A DNA stretch of 58,523 nucleotides from Candidatus Woesearchaeota archaeon (lineage in GTDB: Archaea > Nanobdellota > Nanobdellia > Woesearchaeales > JACPBV01): positions 1 to 58,523 of the forward strand of contig JAHWIN010000031.1 of assembly GCA_019322475.1 (NCBI GenBank), in the 5' to 3' direction. The first letter of the stretch is position 1; each line of letters begins with the position of its first letter. Below the pieces are notes generated by a model. It ran no database searches. It was not told the DNA's origin and was given only the letters and a program-made list of their open reading frames with translations. A program made the translations under genes and the position numbers. This document shows positions 44,717-54,297 of this stretch, one piece after another.

Positions 44717-44770
44717 GCATTTTTAATCAGAAGCTTGTTATTGGGGCTGTGCTGCTTATAGGCAGATGCC

Positions 44771-44920
44771 TTATCCTGCAAGCCCTACCAGGCTTAGCAT
44801 GTCTTTGGAAGCAGCCTGAATGTCCCATCCATTCTTGATAAGGAAAATGAGCAGTATAATGGCCAATGCTGCAATTATCAGGGAGAATATCCTTATCCTT
44901 GCGCCTTTCATAATCTTCAT
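44771..44920 (-). CDS. Possible small membrane protein (49 aa)
   Basis: Absent from the track because it is under 60 aa. My translation is MKIMKGARIRIFSLIIAALAILLIFLIKNGWDIQAASKDMLSLVGLAG. GGAGG lies 10 nt upstream of the ATG. Confidence 0.3.
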   Translation of the reverse strand: MKIMKGARIRIFSLIIAALAIILLIFLIKNGWDIQAASKDMLSLVGLAG

Positions 44921-44994
44921 CTTTTTAGGGCCTCCTACATTTTTTTATGCAGAACCTTATAAACTTTCCTATCTTCCGATGGGCCGCCAGACCT

Positions 44995-45933
44995 TTAATA
45001 TTCCATGCTCATCCTTGTTTCAGTCAGGTCCCTGAGGATTTCCAGTATGCCCACCAGCTTATTCAGAAGCCTCATCTCCTTGAACGACCCTTTTTTTATA
45101 TTGTCTATCCTCTTTATGGCCTTGTTCCTGTTTTCCATGAAATTTATCACCCTGCCAATCTCGAACTTATAGAACAATTCAAAGTAGTCCTTGATAGAAT
45201 CCCGGATAAAGCCCAATATGGCATTATACTCGTCATTAAACCTGGGATTGTACTCCAGGATATCCCTTGCAGTATACTTTAAGATGTCTGTTATTTTGTC
45301 AAGGCTCGCTATGATGTGGTATAAGAATGTTATGTTCTGCGAGTTAGGTGATCCATGCTTATTCAACAGCCTTAAGCAGTAGCTAGCGAATTTGGTGATG
45401 GTGTCATGCTTCCTCTCAATGGTCTCTATCAGGATAAGGTTGTTGGACTTGGCTCCGCTTATGAGATCCTGGCTGGCGAGGTCCAGCAGCAAGAACATCC
45501 TCCTTAAGGCGGTGTTGAACTCTTTTATAGAAGACTTTGATATATCCTTTATGATACATGAGTTTTCCTTTTCCTCAACTATCTCTCCTCCGACAAGCCG
45601 GTTAACTTCCTGGTGGATTATAGAGCTTACCTTAATCTTTTTGTCAAGCTCGAAATAGTTTGTTAGAACCTTATTGAAATGTATCGATATAGTATCATAG
45701 CCTTTCCTATAAGCTGACCTTATAAGATGGATTATGGATGTCCTGTCAAGCCCTGTAATGTCAAGCTCTACCTTGTTAAGCTCAATTCCCTTTTCAGTGC
45801 TTATGATGATCTTGTTTCCGTCTTCCTTGACATCGATCTCGTCACCCTTTTTTATCCCGTGCTGCAACGCCCACCTTCTTGGAAGCGAGATCAGCTGCGT
45901 ACTATTGGCTATCTGTATGACCTTTCTTTTCAA
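44995..45933 (-). CDS. AbrB/SpoVT-domain plus PhoU-like domain regulator (archaeal phosphate-uptake-regulator-like)
   Basis: The N-terminal KVIQIANSTQLISLPRRWALQHGIKKGDEIDVKEDGNKIII has the AbrB swapped-hairpin pattern. The remaining ~240 aa are helical, with the duplicated arrangement typical of archaeal AbrB-PhoU fusions. Confidence 0.6.
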   Translation of the reverse strand: MKRKVIQIANSTQLISLPRRWALQHGIKKGDEIDVKEDGNKIIISTEKGIELNKVELDITGLDRTSIIHLIRSAYRKGYDTISIHFNKVLTNYFELDKKIKVSSIIHQEVNRLVGGEIVEEKENSCIIKDISKSSIKEFNTALRRMFLLLDLASQDLISGAKSNNLILIETIERKHDTITKFASYCLRLLNKHGSPNSQNITFLYHIIASLDKITDILKYTARDILEYNPRFNDEYNAILGFIRDSIKDYFELFYKFEIGRVINFMENRNKAIKRIDNIKKGSFKEMRLLNKLVGILEILRDLTETRMSMEY

Positions 45934-46121
45934 TTTAATCCCCCCTGTTATGAGTTATTCCCTCTTGATGGGAATCTAAGCTTCACCTTTTTTTCACTAT
46001 TAAGGGAATTCAATTTTCTATATAAATCTTTCTTTTTATATAAACATTATAAAATTTAAGCGATAATTATATAAAAAAATCTTCATTACTTTTGGTAGTA
46101 AAAATAAGAGAGATAAGAACT

Positions 46122-46271
46122 ATGGGGGTAGATAAAATGAATATATTGGAGGAAAACAAGGACAGCTGCAGCTGGGGAGTTTATGGAAAAGAGTCCCGCG
46201 AGGAGCTTTTGGAAGGGGACGAGCTGACGCCCGAAGAGGAAGGCTTTATGCAGGGCTATATGGAGGCTTAA
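46122..46271 (+). CDS. Small acidic protein (49 aa) sharing a motif with the ORF at 53938-54183
   Basis: My translation is MGVDKMNILEENKDSCSWGVYGKESREELLEGDELTPEEEGFMQGYMEA. Its motif aligns with YSEEGREDLVEADEISPLEEGFMEGA of the TRASH-like protein. Confidence 0.4.
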   Translation: MGVDKMNILEENKDSCSWGVYGKESREELLEGDELTPEEEGFMQGYMEA

Positions 46272-46469
46272 GGCAATGGACGACTATGCTCCTTTCAGGA
46301 AGGAGAAAAAGAAGAATTTTGACCTTGGCTATGGGATAATATTTGTGAATACAGAGGACAAGATGAACGATTTTATGGATAAGTGACATGGCTGGTATAG
46401 CATTGTTTCTTCGGATAAATCCATAGCATTATGAACTTTCAAGAATACAGAGCTTGAAGGATACACACA

Positions 46470-47726
46470 TCACTCTTTTATCAGGCCATAGCCTATAAGC
46501 CTGAACCTGTTGCCTATCATCCGGGATATGGTCACTCTTGAACCTATCTCTGCGCAGACAGGGAGCTTTAGCCTGCATTTTATATGGCTTTTTTTAAGTT
46601 CAGAAACTATGCCTACTGTTGCAGCAGAGTTTACATTGAGCATCAGGACCTCATTCAGCTTTATGGGCTCAACATCCAGGTCTTCTTTTGACCCTACGAC
46701 CCTTTTAAGAAGATTGGTTGCCAGTTTCAGCTCATACCAGACAGGAGGCAGTTTTCCGGAAAGCCCAACTATGGATCCGGTCAGCTTATCAGAGAATACA
46801 ATAGAAGGGTCCAGAGAGGTCAATACACCAATAGAGCCTCCAGGGCCCACTTCTTTTAAAGAAGCGCTTCCTGATCTTAGGTCAATTATCCTGGCTTTCA
46901 GGGTTTTCCATACCTTCCTGTTTTTTTCCTCTACCTCATAGCCCGGCTTGATCTCTATCTCTTCGCCTTTTTTCAGTATCCCCTGCTTTAAGGCCCCTCC
47001 AAGAACACCTCCCTGTATCTTTTCTATCCCTATCCCAGGCTTGTTGACATCAAAGGATCTTGCAACAAGCATCAGGGGGTCTTTTTTGGTGTCCCTTTTG
47101 GGCGTCTTGATATTTTTTTCTACAGCCCCTATCAATTCTGAGACCCCAACATTATGCTGGGCTGAGATAGGTATTATGGGAGCATCCCTGTATTTTGTGG
47201 ACTTTATGAAGCTTTTTATCTGCTTGTAATTCTTTACGGCCTGCTCTTCATTGACCAGGTCTATCTTGTTCTGGACTATGACTATATTCTCTATCCCTAT
47301 TATCTCCATAGCCATTATATGCTCCCTTGTCTGGGGCTGAGGGCATTCCTCATTTGCGGATATCAGAATCAATGCTCCGTCTACTATGGTAGCTCCTGCC
47401 AGCATGGTGGCCATCAGGCTTTCGTGGCCGGGAGCATCCACGAAGCTTACTTTCCTAACCGCTTTTGTTTTTTCCTTGCAGGAGGGGCATTCTTTTTTTA
47501 CGGTGTACAGTCCGCATTTTTCACATCTCCTGAAAGTTACGTCAGCATAGCCCAGCCTTATCGTTATGCCCCTTTTCATCTCCTCAGAATGAGTATCTGC
47601 CCACTTTCCGCTTAGCCTTTCAAGCAGGGTGGTCTTTCCATGGTCAACATGGCCGACTAACCCGATATTTACTACAGGGTTTTTAGGCTCTTCATCTTTA
47701 GGTGCTGCAGATTTTTTTCTTGGCAT
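46470..47726 (-). CDS. eif2g: Translation initiation factor aIF2 gamma subunit
   Basis: G-domain motifs NIGLVGHVDHGKTTL, VDAPGHE, NKID. A zinc knuckle reads C.KCG...CPSC. Length 418 aa. Confidence 0.92.
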   Translation of the reverse strand: MPRKKSAAPKDEEPKNPVVNIGLVGHVDHGKTTLLERLSGKWADTHSEEMKRGITIRLGYADVTFRRCEKCGLYTVKKECPSCKEKTKAVRKVSFVDAPGHESLMATMLAGATIVDGALILISANEECPQPQTREHIMAMEIIGIENIVIVQNKIDLVNEEQAVKNYKQIKSFIKSTKYRDAPIIPISAQHNVGVSELIGAVEKNIKTPKRDTKKDPLMLVARSFDVNKPGIGIEKIQGGVLGGALKQGILKKGEEIEIKPGYEVEEKNRKVWKTLKARIIDLRSGSASLKEVGPGGSIGVLTSLDPSIVFSDKLTGSIVGLSGKLPPVWYELKLATNLLKRVVGSKEDLDVEPIKLNEVLMLNVNSAATVGIVSELKKSHIKCRLKLPVCAEIGSRVTISRMIGNRFRLIGYGLIKE

Positions 47727-47729
47727 ATT

Positions 47730-48254
47730 TTACTTTTTCTCTTCTTCTTTTGGAGCTTCTTTAGCCGCTTCTTTCTTTTCTTCTTTCTTAGGCTCTTCTT
47801 TTGGAGCTTCTTTAGCCGCTTCTTTCTTTTCTTCTTTCTTAGGCTTCTCTTTGGCGGGCTCTTCACCTTCTTTTTTTGCAGAAGGCAGGACATCTTCTAT
47901 CTTTTTGGTCCCTTCCTTAACAATCTTTAGGTTTATCTGGGTTATCTTTTCGTTTATCTTATGCCCGCAGACGGTCTTTCTTGTCTTTTCCCCTTTCTTA
48001 AGCTTTGGGAAGCCTACCCCTCCTGTGGAATATATCTTTTTTCTTATGCCCTGTATGCCGTGTCTCATAGGGAATCCGCAGTAGTCAGAGCCGCCTGTTA
48101 TGAGGAACTCGTATCCAGGCATCCCGAAAGAGTCTCCGCTTACATTTTCCCCGATATTCAGGTTGAGGAAAACCTGCGCTTCCTGGTCTTTAGCCTCTTT
48201 TTGATAGCATTTTCCTGTTTTAGCGTCACCTATACATAATTTGAATGAAACCAT
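47730..48254 (-). CDS. rps6e: Ribosomal protein S6e (eS6) with a Lys/Glu/Ala/Pro-rich C-terminal extension
   Basis: FKLCIGDAKTGKCYQKE...GYEFLITGGSDYCGFPMRHGIQG is the S6e core. The tail reads PKKEEKKEAAKEAPKEE twice. Confidence 0.88.
   Translation of the reverse strand: MVSFKLCIGDAKTGKCYQKEAKDQEAQVFLNLNIGENVSGDSFGMPGYEFLITGGSDYCGFPMRHGIQGIRKKIYSTGGVGFPKLKKGEKTRKTVCGHKINEKITQINLKIVKEGTKKIEDVLPSAKKEGEEPAKEKPKKEEKKEAAKEAPKEEPKKEEKKEAAKEAPKEEEKK
47744..47845. repeat. 51-bp perfect tandem duplication (x2) encoding the S6e tail
   Basis: 47744-47794 and 47795-47845 read identically (cttcttttggagcttctttagccgcttctttcttttcttctttcttaggct). Confidence 0.85.
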
Positions 48255-48406
48255 CTCAATAACCTCCTTAAGTGTTTACTATAAGAAATTATTGCCCATT
48301 TAAAAAGCTTTATGTTTTGTAAAGTCGAACTATCCATCATATAAGCAGAGCGGCGGAATGCAGGCGCCACTAAGGGACATCGATACTCATCACTGAACTA
48401 TATGGC

Positions 48407-48736
48407 CTAGGACTTTACATGCTTATACCTGAATAAATCGGGCCTGCAGCTTTCAACCTCTTCAGAATCGACAAAAGGATAGAGCCTGCATACTTCAGGC
48501 CTTATATCATAGATGGTGCAAAAGTACATCCCTTTTCTTTTGCTTAGAAAAAGACACCCTTTTTCAGCTCTCTTAAGTACAGGGTTTTTTATTATATCAT
48601 CAAATTCCACGAAAGAGCTTTTCTTATGGCCTTTTTTTTCTATGGCTCCTATATCTTTTTTGCTTAGCTTTACTATCAGGTGTTTACAGCACTCTGCACA
48701 GCTCCTGTTACATGTGAAGTTTTGCTTTGTCAGCAT
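48407..48736 (-). CDS. YkgJ-family cysteine-cluster protein (short form)
   Basis: CNRSCAECCKHL at the N-terminus, then a later GCLFL....YFCTIYDIRPEVCRLYPF. Confidence 0.55.
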   Translation of the reverse strand: MLTKQNFTCNRSCAECCKHLIVKLSKKDIGAIEKKGHKKSSFVEFDDIIKNPVLKRAEKGCLFLSKRKGMYFCTIYDIRPEVCRLYPFVDSEEVESCRPDLFRYKHVKS

Positions 48737-48742
48737 AATGAC

Positions 48743-49516
48743 CTATCCTTTATCGCTTATCTTTTTAATATATTCTATAAGCTCTGTCGGGACAGGGAGT
48801 ATTATTGTGCTGTTCTTTTCAGAAGCGATCTCGCTCATGGTCTGGAACAGCCTTAATTGGAGACCTGCAGGCTCTTTTCCTATCACCTTTGCTGCCTGAG
48901 CAAGTTTTTCAGCGGCCTGGGACTCTCCTAAGGCTAAGGTAATCCTTGCTCTTCTGTCCCTTTCAGCCTCTGCCTGGTGGGCCATAGCCCTTTTCATGGT
49001 GTCAGGAAGCTCGATGTCCTTTATCTCTATCTTAGAGACCTTTATGCCCCATGGATCTGTGTCCTTATCGACTATCTGCTGGATCTTGTTTGAGATGTCC
49101 TCCCTTTTCTGGAGAATCTCGTCAAGCTCAAATTCCCCTACGATATTCCTCATGGTCGTCTGGGCGAGCTGGGAGACAGCATAGCCAAAGACCTCTACCT
49201 CAAGCACAGCCTTGTCTGCAACACTTACCTTATAGTAAAGGACCGCATTTACCTTGAGGCTTACATTGTCCCTGCTTACGCATTCCTGTGAAGGAACGTC
49301 AACTGCCTTTACCCTCATATCTACACGCTCCCATGTCTGGATGAGAGGTATTATAATCCTAAGGCCGGGATCCATAATGCCTACATATTTTCCAAAGGTA
49401 AACTTTACGCCCCTTTCGTACTGCCTTACTACCTTTAAAGAACCCAGAAAGATGACAATTACCCAAAAAAGTATAAACCCGCTTATTCCAAGACCGAAAA
49501 ATACCATCTGAACCAC
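48743..49516 (-). CDS. SPFH/Band-7 (stomatin/prohibitin-like) membrane protein
   Basis: An N-terminal TM is followed by VVRQYERGVKFTFGKY...DMRVKAVDVPSQE..SRDNV.L.V.AV.YYKV and AEAERDRRA. Confidence 0.85.
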   Translation of the reverse strand: MVQMVFFGLGISGFILFWVIVIFLGSLKVVRQYERGVKFTFGKYVGIMDPGLRIIIPLIQTWERVDMRVKAVDVPSQECVSRDNVSLKVNAVLYYKVSVADKAVLEVEVFGYAVSQLAQTTMRNIVGEFELDEILQKREDISNKIQQIVDKDTDPWGIKVSKIEIKDIELPDTMKRAMAHQAEAERDRRARITLALGESQAAEKLAQAAKVIGKEPAGLQLRLFQTMSEIASEKNSTIILPVPTELIEYIKKISDKG

Positions 49517-49531
49517 CTCCCTAAAGATTAA

Positions 49532-50593
49532 CTACCTTTTGTTTAAATATCTTTCTATCCTCTTAAGGCCCTCTTCAATCTTGTCTATGTCAAGGGCGTA
49601 GCTGAGCCTTATCCTTCCTTCTGCCCCGAACCAGTCGCCAAGATAAGTTATCACTTTATGCCTCTTGTAAAGGTTCCATACGGCGTCCTTTGCATCCTTT
49701 ATCTTAGGAAGGACATAGAATGCGCCTTCCGGCTTCCATAGGTCCAGGCCTATATCCTGCAGCCCGCTATAGATAGCATCCCTTCTTTCTTTCCATATCC
49801 TGACCCTGCTTTCTATGTAGCCTTTTGGGGCATTAAATGCCCTGTATGCCATCTCCTGAGCTAAGATGTTCGTGTTCATGGAGGAATGGGTCTTTATCTC
49901 TACTACCTTGCTTATTATAGCAGGATCATTTGAGTACAGGTAGCCTACCCTGAAGCCGCACAGGGCATAGGTCTTTGAGAACGAGTTTATAGTAACTACG
50001 TGTTTTCCTTTCAGCATATAATTGTCCCTTTCATATATGAGGTCCTTGTATACTTCATCAGACAGGATAGTTATGTTAAGGTCTGCACAAAGCTTTTCTA
50101 TCTTCTTAAGCGTCGATATCTCCTGTATCCTTCCTGTAGGGTTAGACGGGGAATTTATGAGGACGGCCCTGCAGCCCCTTACCTTGTCATCAAAGTCTTC
50201 CATATCTATCTTTCCGTCTTCAGTTTCTGTGAAGACCGGGTTGAGGTGGTTGATCCTTACAAGAGGAAGATATGAGTAATAGTAAGGCTTATGCAGAAGT
50301 ATGTTGTCTTTTGGGGACAGTACAGCCCTGAATGCAAGGTCAAGGGCTTCAGAGGCCCCGTTTGTTATCACAAAATCATCCTTTCCTGAGCCTTCAAAGC
50401 CTTCCTGCCTCGAGATGGCTTTCCGAAGGTTGTCCTGGCCCTGTATAAGGCCGTACTTGAACTGCCTGTATGTGGGAAGAACCTTAAATACAGATTCAGG
50501 AGGGGGGAGATCAGGCTGGCCGGAGCCGAAGCTTATGATGTCATCCCCATGCACACCTATGAACATGGAAGCGCTAAGATTTTCCTTTTTCAA
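49532..50593 (-). CDS. Class I/II PLP-dependent aminotransferase (aspartate/aromatic aminotransferase-like)
   Basis: Motifs: INSPSNPTG, LSDEVY, NSFSKTYALCGFRVGY (PLP lysine), and R near the C-terminus. Confidence 0.8.
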   Translation of the reverse strand: MKKENLSASMFIGVHGDDIISFGSGQPDLPPPESVFKVLPTYRQFKYGLIQGQDNLRKAISRQEGFEGSGKDDFVITNGASEALDLAFRAVLSPKDNILLHKPYYYSYLPLVRINHLNPVFTETEDGKIDMEDFDDKVRGCRAVLINSPSNPTGRIQEISTLKKIEKLCADLNITILSDEVYKDLIYERDNYMLKGKHVVTINSFSKTYALCGFRVGYLYSNDPAIISKVVEIKTHSSMNTNILAQEMAYRAFNAPKGYIESRVRIWKERRDAIYSGLQDIGLDLWKPEGAFYVLPKIKDAKDAVWNLYKRHKVITYLGDWFGAEGRIRLSYALDIDKIEEGLKRIERYLNKR

Positions 50594-50728
50594 GATATCT
50601 CAGATTAATGGTGGTTGGTATATAAATATAACTGAATGCCCTGGCTTTTTGCTTATCTTTTATATCTACTATTTAGTAGTAATTTAATCGAAAGGTTTAA
50701 AAAAGATGAGGGGTTATTGGGGGGTAAT

Positions 50729-51277
50729 ATGGCTTACGGAGTTGAAGAATTAAAGAAACCATTTCTTAGCCGCCTTTGTACTAAAATTACTGGTGGAATT
50801 GAGCGAAAATTAACAAATAATCCTGTTACAAACTATATTTCCGGAAGAAATGAGAAAAATGCTTTTACATATCTTGATACAAAAAGAAGAGAACTTGCTA
50901 AGGAAAAACCAGAGGACATAAATAGTGCTGTAATTGATGATATTCTTGGCTTGGCGCCTATCTTGAATTATAGCCTGGATGTAGCGATATATGAGGCGGA
51001 TAAAGGCAAGCTAACTTTTGTTGATTCTGGAAGTACTTCTGAATCAGATTCTTTTAGATTCAGTAAGGGGATGGATCATAGTGGATTGGATCAGTATCCC
51101 CTTTATATGAACATACATGATTGCTGTCAGATCAATAATATCTATGTCTTTAGGATGGAAAATACTTATCTTATGATCAAAACCGGAAAAAATAAAAAAT
51201 TCTCACTTGATTTATATAAAAAAATTGATGGCTATCTGAGAAAAGCTTTTTCTTCTAACAACAAAAAGAAAAAGTGA
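50729..51277 (+). CDS. Hypothetical protein (182 aa) in a locally AT-rich segment
   Basis: The ATG at 50729 is preceded by a G-rich SD-like stretch (GGGGGGT). The track start at 50636 adds a hydrophobic read-through of the intergenic region. No motif recognised. Confidence 0.4.
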   Translation: MAYGVEELKKPFLSRLCTKITGGIERKLTNNPVTNYISGRNEKNAFTYLDTKRRELAKEKPEDINSAVIDDILGLAPILNYSLDVAIYEADKGKLTFVDSGSTSESDSFRFSKGMDHSGLDQYPLYMNIHDCCQINNIYVFRMENTYLMIKTGKNKKFSLDLYKKIDGYLRKAFSSNNKKKK

Positions 51278-51287
51278 TATGCACCAA

Positions 51288-52364
51288 TCATCTATTCTTA
51301 AGATGCACATCCATCTGGGGGAAAGGTATGCTTATCCTGTTCTTATTGAGGGTGTTATAGATCATGCAGTTCAGCTTCTCTTTTGTCGTAAACCTTTCCT
51401 TGTATGATTTCAGCCAGACAAAAGCCTTGAAGTTTAAAGATGATTCTCCCATCTCGAGGAACATGACTGCAGGGTCGTGGTTCTTTTCGAGATTGTCCAG
51501 CTTCATTATCTCTTTCATCACCACCTTCTTTACCTTGTCTATGTCTGAGCCGTAAGCTACTGAAAAAGGGACGACTATCCTTTCTGTGGGGTTTGGGAGA
51601 ACATAGTTCCTTATGTTGGAGCTTGCGAGCTTTCCGTTAGGTATCATTATCACTTCGTTGTCCCAGGTCCTAATCCTTGTGCTTCTTAAGCCTACATCCA
51701 TCACTGTCCCTGTCAGGCTGTCATCTATCTTGACGATATCCCCTAGTTTTATGCTCCTGTCTATCAGCAATGATATGCCCCCAAATATGTTGCCGAGGGT
51801 GCTTTGAAGGCCGAAGGCAACAGCTATTCCCACTATCCCAAGGGAAGCCAGCAGAGGCCCTATCTCAATCCTCCAGATCTTCAGGACGAAAATAAGGCCC
51901 AGGAGCAAGGCTAAGAATCTTGTTGTCTTGCAGCTTACCTTTACCAGGTTCTCGTCCATCTCTTTTTCCCTTTTTGCGGCTTTTCTTTTTGCACAGCCTT
52001 TTATCAGTATCTCTATGACCTTTACAGCCAGATAGATCAGAAGTATCACCGATAATGTGGATGTGCCTCTATGCACTAGGGTATTGATATTTTCCTGCAG
52101 GCCTAAAGGGATAATTGCGAGCTTGATGCCCAGGACAAGAAGAAGCAATGATACCGGCTCATGGGTTTTCTGGACAAGGAGGTCATCTATGTCTGTTTCT
52201 GTCTTTGCAGTCAGCTTTAATATATATTTTTCAGCTATTACAGTAACCAGCTTTGCCCCGAGAAAAAATCCTATAAGGGTTATTATCGAGCGGGTGTACG
52301 GGCTTTTTAAAAGATGCTCAATATTCATCCCCATAAACTCTACAACCGCCATCCCATTAATCAT
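51288..52364 (-). CDS. Small-conductance mechanosensitive channel (MscS family)
   Basis: Several TM helices are followed by GNIFGGISLLIDRSIKLGDIVKIDD..GTVMDVGLRSTRIRTWDNEVIMIPNGKL. Confidence 0.85.
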   Translation of the reverse strand: MINGMAVVEFMGMNIEHLLKSPYTRSIITLIGFFLGAKLVTVIAEKYILKLTAKTETDIDDLLVQKTHEPVSLLLLVLGIKLAIIPLGLQENINTLVHRGTSTLSVILLIYLAVKVIEILIKGCAKRKAAKREKEMDENLVKVSCKTTRFLALLLGLIFVLKIWRIEIGPLLASLGIVGIAVAFGLQSTLGNIFGGISLLIDRSIKLGDIVKIDDSLTGTVMDVGLRSTRIRTWDNEVIMIPNGKLASSNIRNYVLPNPTERIVVPFSVAYGSDIDKVKKVVMKEIMKLDNLEKNHDPAVMFLEMGESSLNFKAFVWLKSYKERFTTKEKLNCMIYNTLNKNRISIPFPQMDVHLKNR

Positions 52365-52403
52365 GCAGAATTCACACTTTATGCAGTTTAAATAATTTTA
52401 TGA

Positions 52404-52937
52404 CTAATCCTGAGTGGCTACGTTTTCCACTTCTATGAGGTATGATCCGGGTATCTTTTTCCTGAACCTTTCCAGCCCTTTTTTTGCTGTGCCTATGTTC
52501 TGCTTGCTGACAGATATGCTGACTATCTTCTCACCTTTTTTTACCCTTATGGCAGAGCCTATTGGCTTTCCGAACGACTTCTGCATGCCTGTCGAGAACC
52601 TGTCTGCCCCTGCACCTGCTGCAAGGGGGTTTTCCCTCAGTATATGGAAAGGGTATTTTCTTAGCTGCATGCTGTATCTAGAAGGGCCTAATGTTGTCTC
52701 AAGAAGCCTGTTGCAGGTCTGCCTTCCGCTTTCTAACGCATTGTCCCTTATCTGAAGGCATCCTTTTGATATAAGATTTAAGGAGTATGGAAATTTCTTT
52801 TTTAAGTTTCCAGTCTTAAACTTGACTATCTTAATATTGGCTGTCGTCCTGATAAATGATTTTTTCTTGTATTTTGAGAGCCTTGTGTAGGGCCTTTCCA
52901 GCGACCTATATGCCACGAATTTCCTAAGTCTTGCCAT
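52404..52937 (-). CDS. rpl10e: Ribosomal protein L10e (uL16)
   Basis: MARLRKFVAYRSLERPYTR...KYPFHILRENPLAAGAGADRFSTGM; 177 aa. Confidence 0.9.
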   Translation of the reverse strand: MARLRKFVAYRSLERPYTRLSKYKKKSFIRTTANIKIVKFKTGNLKKKFPYSLNLISKGCLQIRDNALESGRQTCNRLLETTLGPSRYSMQLRKYPFHILRENPLAAGAGADRFSTGMQKSFGKPIGSAIRVKKGEKIVSISVSKQNIGTAKKGLERFRKKIPGSYLIEVENVATQD

Positions 52938-53038
52938 TTTATCTTAAAGATTGGCTGGCTATTTTTAAATCTTTTGGATTGCCGGCCTGCAGCACCACAT
53001 AAGCCTTTTGGAGCCAGAAAATACCCTTTTTGTGCTGC

Positions 53039-53698
53039 TTATCTTATCATAGTCCCTTTAAAGCCTTTTTCATCCAGCACCTTCTTTAGGTTGGAGAGGC
53101 TTTTTCCTATCACTGCAACCTTTATCTTCAGCTTTTCAGCCTCTTTTGCAGCTATCGGGTCAAAGGGCATATTCAGGCCGGGCTTCCACTCATCTCCAAC
53201 TATCTTCCTTAGCTTTTTCCATGTCGTCTCTTTTATGGCCCTGGCGCCTTTTAGCGAAGGATCCCTGTCATAGACATAATCGACATTGGTCATATTGACC
53301 ACTATGTCTGCCCTTATATTTTTAGCCAGCAGGACAGCATCATAGTCAGTAGAGAAGCCCGGCTTCCATCCTGCGGCAACGAGGATGTTTTCCTTGAAAT
53401 CCAGCTTTGATGAAGGGTCAAGTATGAGCGGCGCTTTGATGCCTAACTCTTCCTTAAGCCTTGACGCATTTATCCTTGTAGCATATATGCCGATCCAGTC
53501 AAGCTCCTCGTCTGTAGTTTTTTTGAGCTCTTTTGCCTTTTTCTGCAGGTTCCTTGCCAGCTTTCCTCCTCCGCAGACTATTATAAACCTGCCTTCAGGG
53601 TATTTTTTTATGAGCTTTTTGAAACCCTGCAGAAAGCCATAGTCCATCTTATCAGGAAATATTACAGAACCCCCTAATGATATGACTGTCTTTTTCAT
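53039..53698 (-). CDS. pyrH: UMP kinase (archaeal-type uridylate kinase)
   Basis: Amino-acid-kinase fold motifs ISLGGSVI, IIVCGGGKLAR, GWKPGFSTD, NVDYVYDRDP. The 219-aa length fits the short archaeal PyrH form. Confidence 0.8.
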   Translation of the reverse strand: MKKTVISLGGSVIFPDKMDYGFLQGFKKLIKKYPEGRFIIVCGGGKLARNLQKKAKELKKTTDEELDWIGIYATRINASRLKEELGIKAPLILDPSSKLDFKENILVAAGWKPGFSTDYDAVLLAKNIRADIVVNMTNVDYVYDRDPSLKGARAIKETTWKKLRKIVGDEWKPGLNMPFDPIAAKEAEKLKIKVAVIGKSLSNLKKVLDEKGFKGTMIR

Positions 53699-53859
53699 CA
53701 GATTGAATTATCCTTTTTCTTTGGCTTTTTTATCTCTCTTATGTTCTCCTCTTTAGTGAGCCTTTCGTGGACAGGGATGTCAGAACTATCAAGCTCTATG
53801 CTCTTTTCTGCCTCTTCCTTTATCTTTTTCTTTATCGCCTTTATTTTTTCCATCTGCAT
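53698..53859 (-). CDS. Possible small Lys/Glu-rich coiled-coil protein (53 aa) coupled to pyrH
   Basis: Absent from the track. My translation is MQMEKIKAIKKKIKEEAEKSIELDSSDIPVHERLTKEENIREIKKPKKKDNSI. Its stop overlaps the pyrH ATG (TGATG arrangement). Confidence 0.3.
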   Translation of the reverse strand: MQMEKIKAIKKKIKEEAEKSIELDSSDIPVHERLTKEENIREIKKPKKKDNSI

Positions 53860-53937
53860 CTTACAGCATAATAAACTTTATAAACTTTGTTTTTTCGATG
53901 CTTGTTAGAGGATAATCCTGTAAGGAGGGTGATAATT

Positions 53938-54183
53938 ATGGGCGACGAAAAAGACATCTATTCTGAGGAAGGGAGAGAGGATCTTGTAGAGGCTGACGAG
54001 ATAAGCCCTTTGGAGGAGGGCTTTATGGAAGGTGCTGAAGGCGACGGGCAAGGCGCCAAATGCAGAAGGTGCGGCAAGATACTTATGGACGATTTTATAG
54101 AGAAAAAGATCGATGACGAGATATGCAGGTTCTGCAGCGACGAATGCGCCGATAAGTACAGCGAGGAGAAAAAGGAAGAATAG
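53938..54183 (+). CDS. Small acidic protein with a C-terminal TRASH/zf-FCS-like zinc domain
   Basis: The ATG at 53938 is preceded by GGAGGGTGA. The C-terminus reads CRRCGKIL...........CRFCSDECADKY. The N-terminus shares the EEGFM motif with the ORF at 46122-46271. Confidence 0.55.
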   Translation: MGDEKDIYSEEGREDLVEADEISPLEEGFMEGAEGDGQGAKCRRCGKILMDDFIEKKIDDEICRFCSDECADKYSEEKKEE

Positions 54184-54297
54184 CAGGTTATTTTTTATTT
54201 ATTGGGAATTTCGCAGGAAATTTCCTAGGGCTCTAATACCCTGCATTTTGCTGCGGTTGGGATAGGCGATGCATATCCTGCCTTATCTTTTCTTATC

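Noticed and set aside
47629-48084. 151-aa plus-strand ORF and the 73-aa minus-strand ORF (47672-47893) over the S6e tail
   Set aside because: Both are low-complexity reading-frame shadows of the Lys/Glu repeat region of rps6e.
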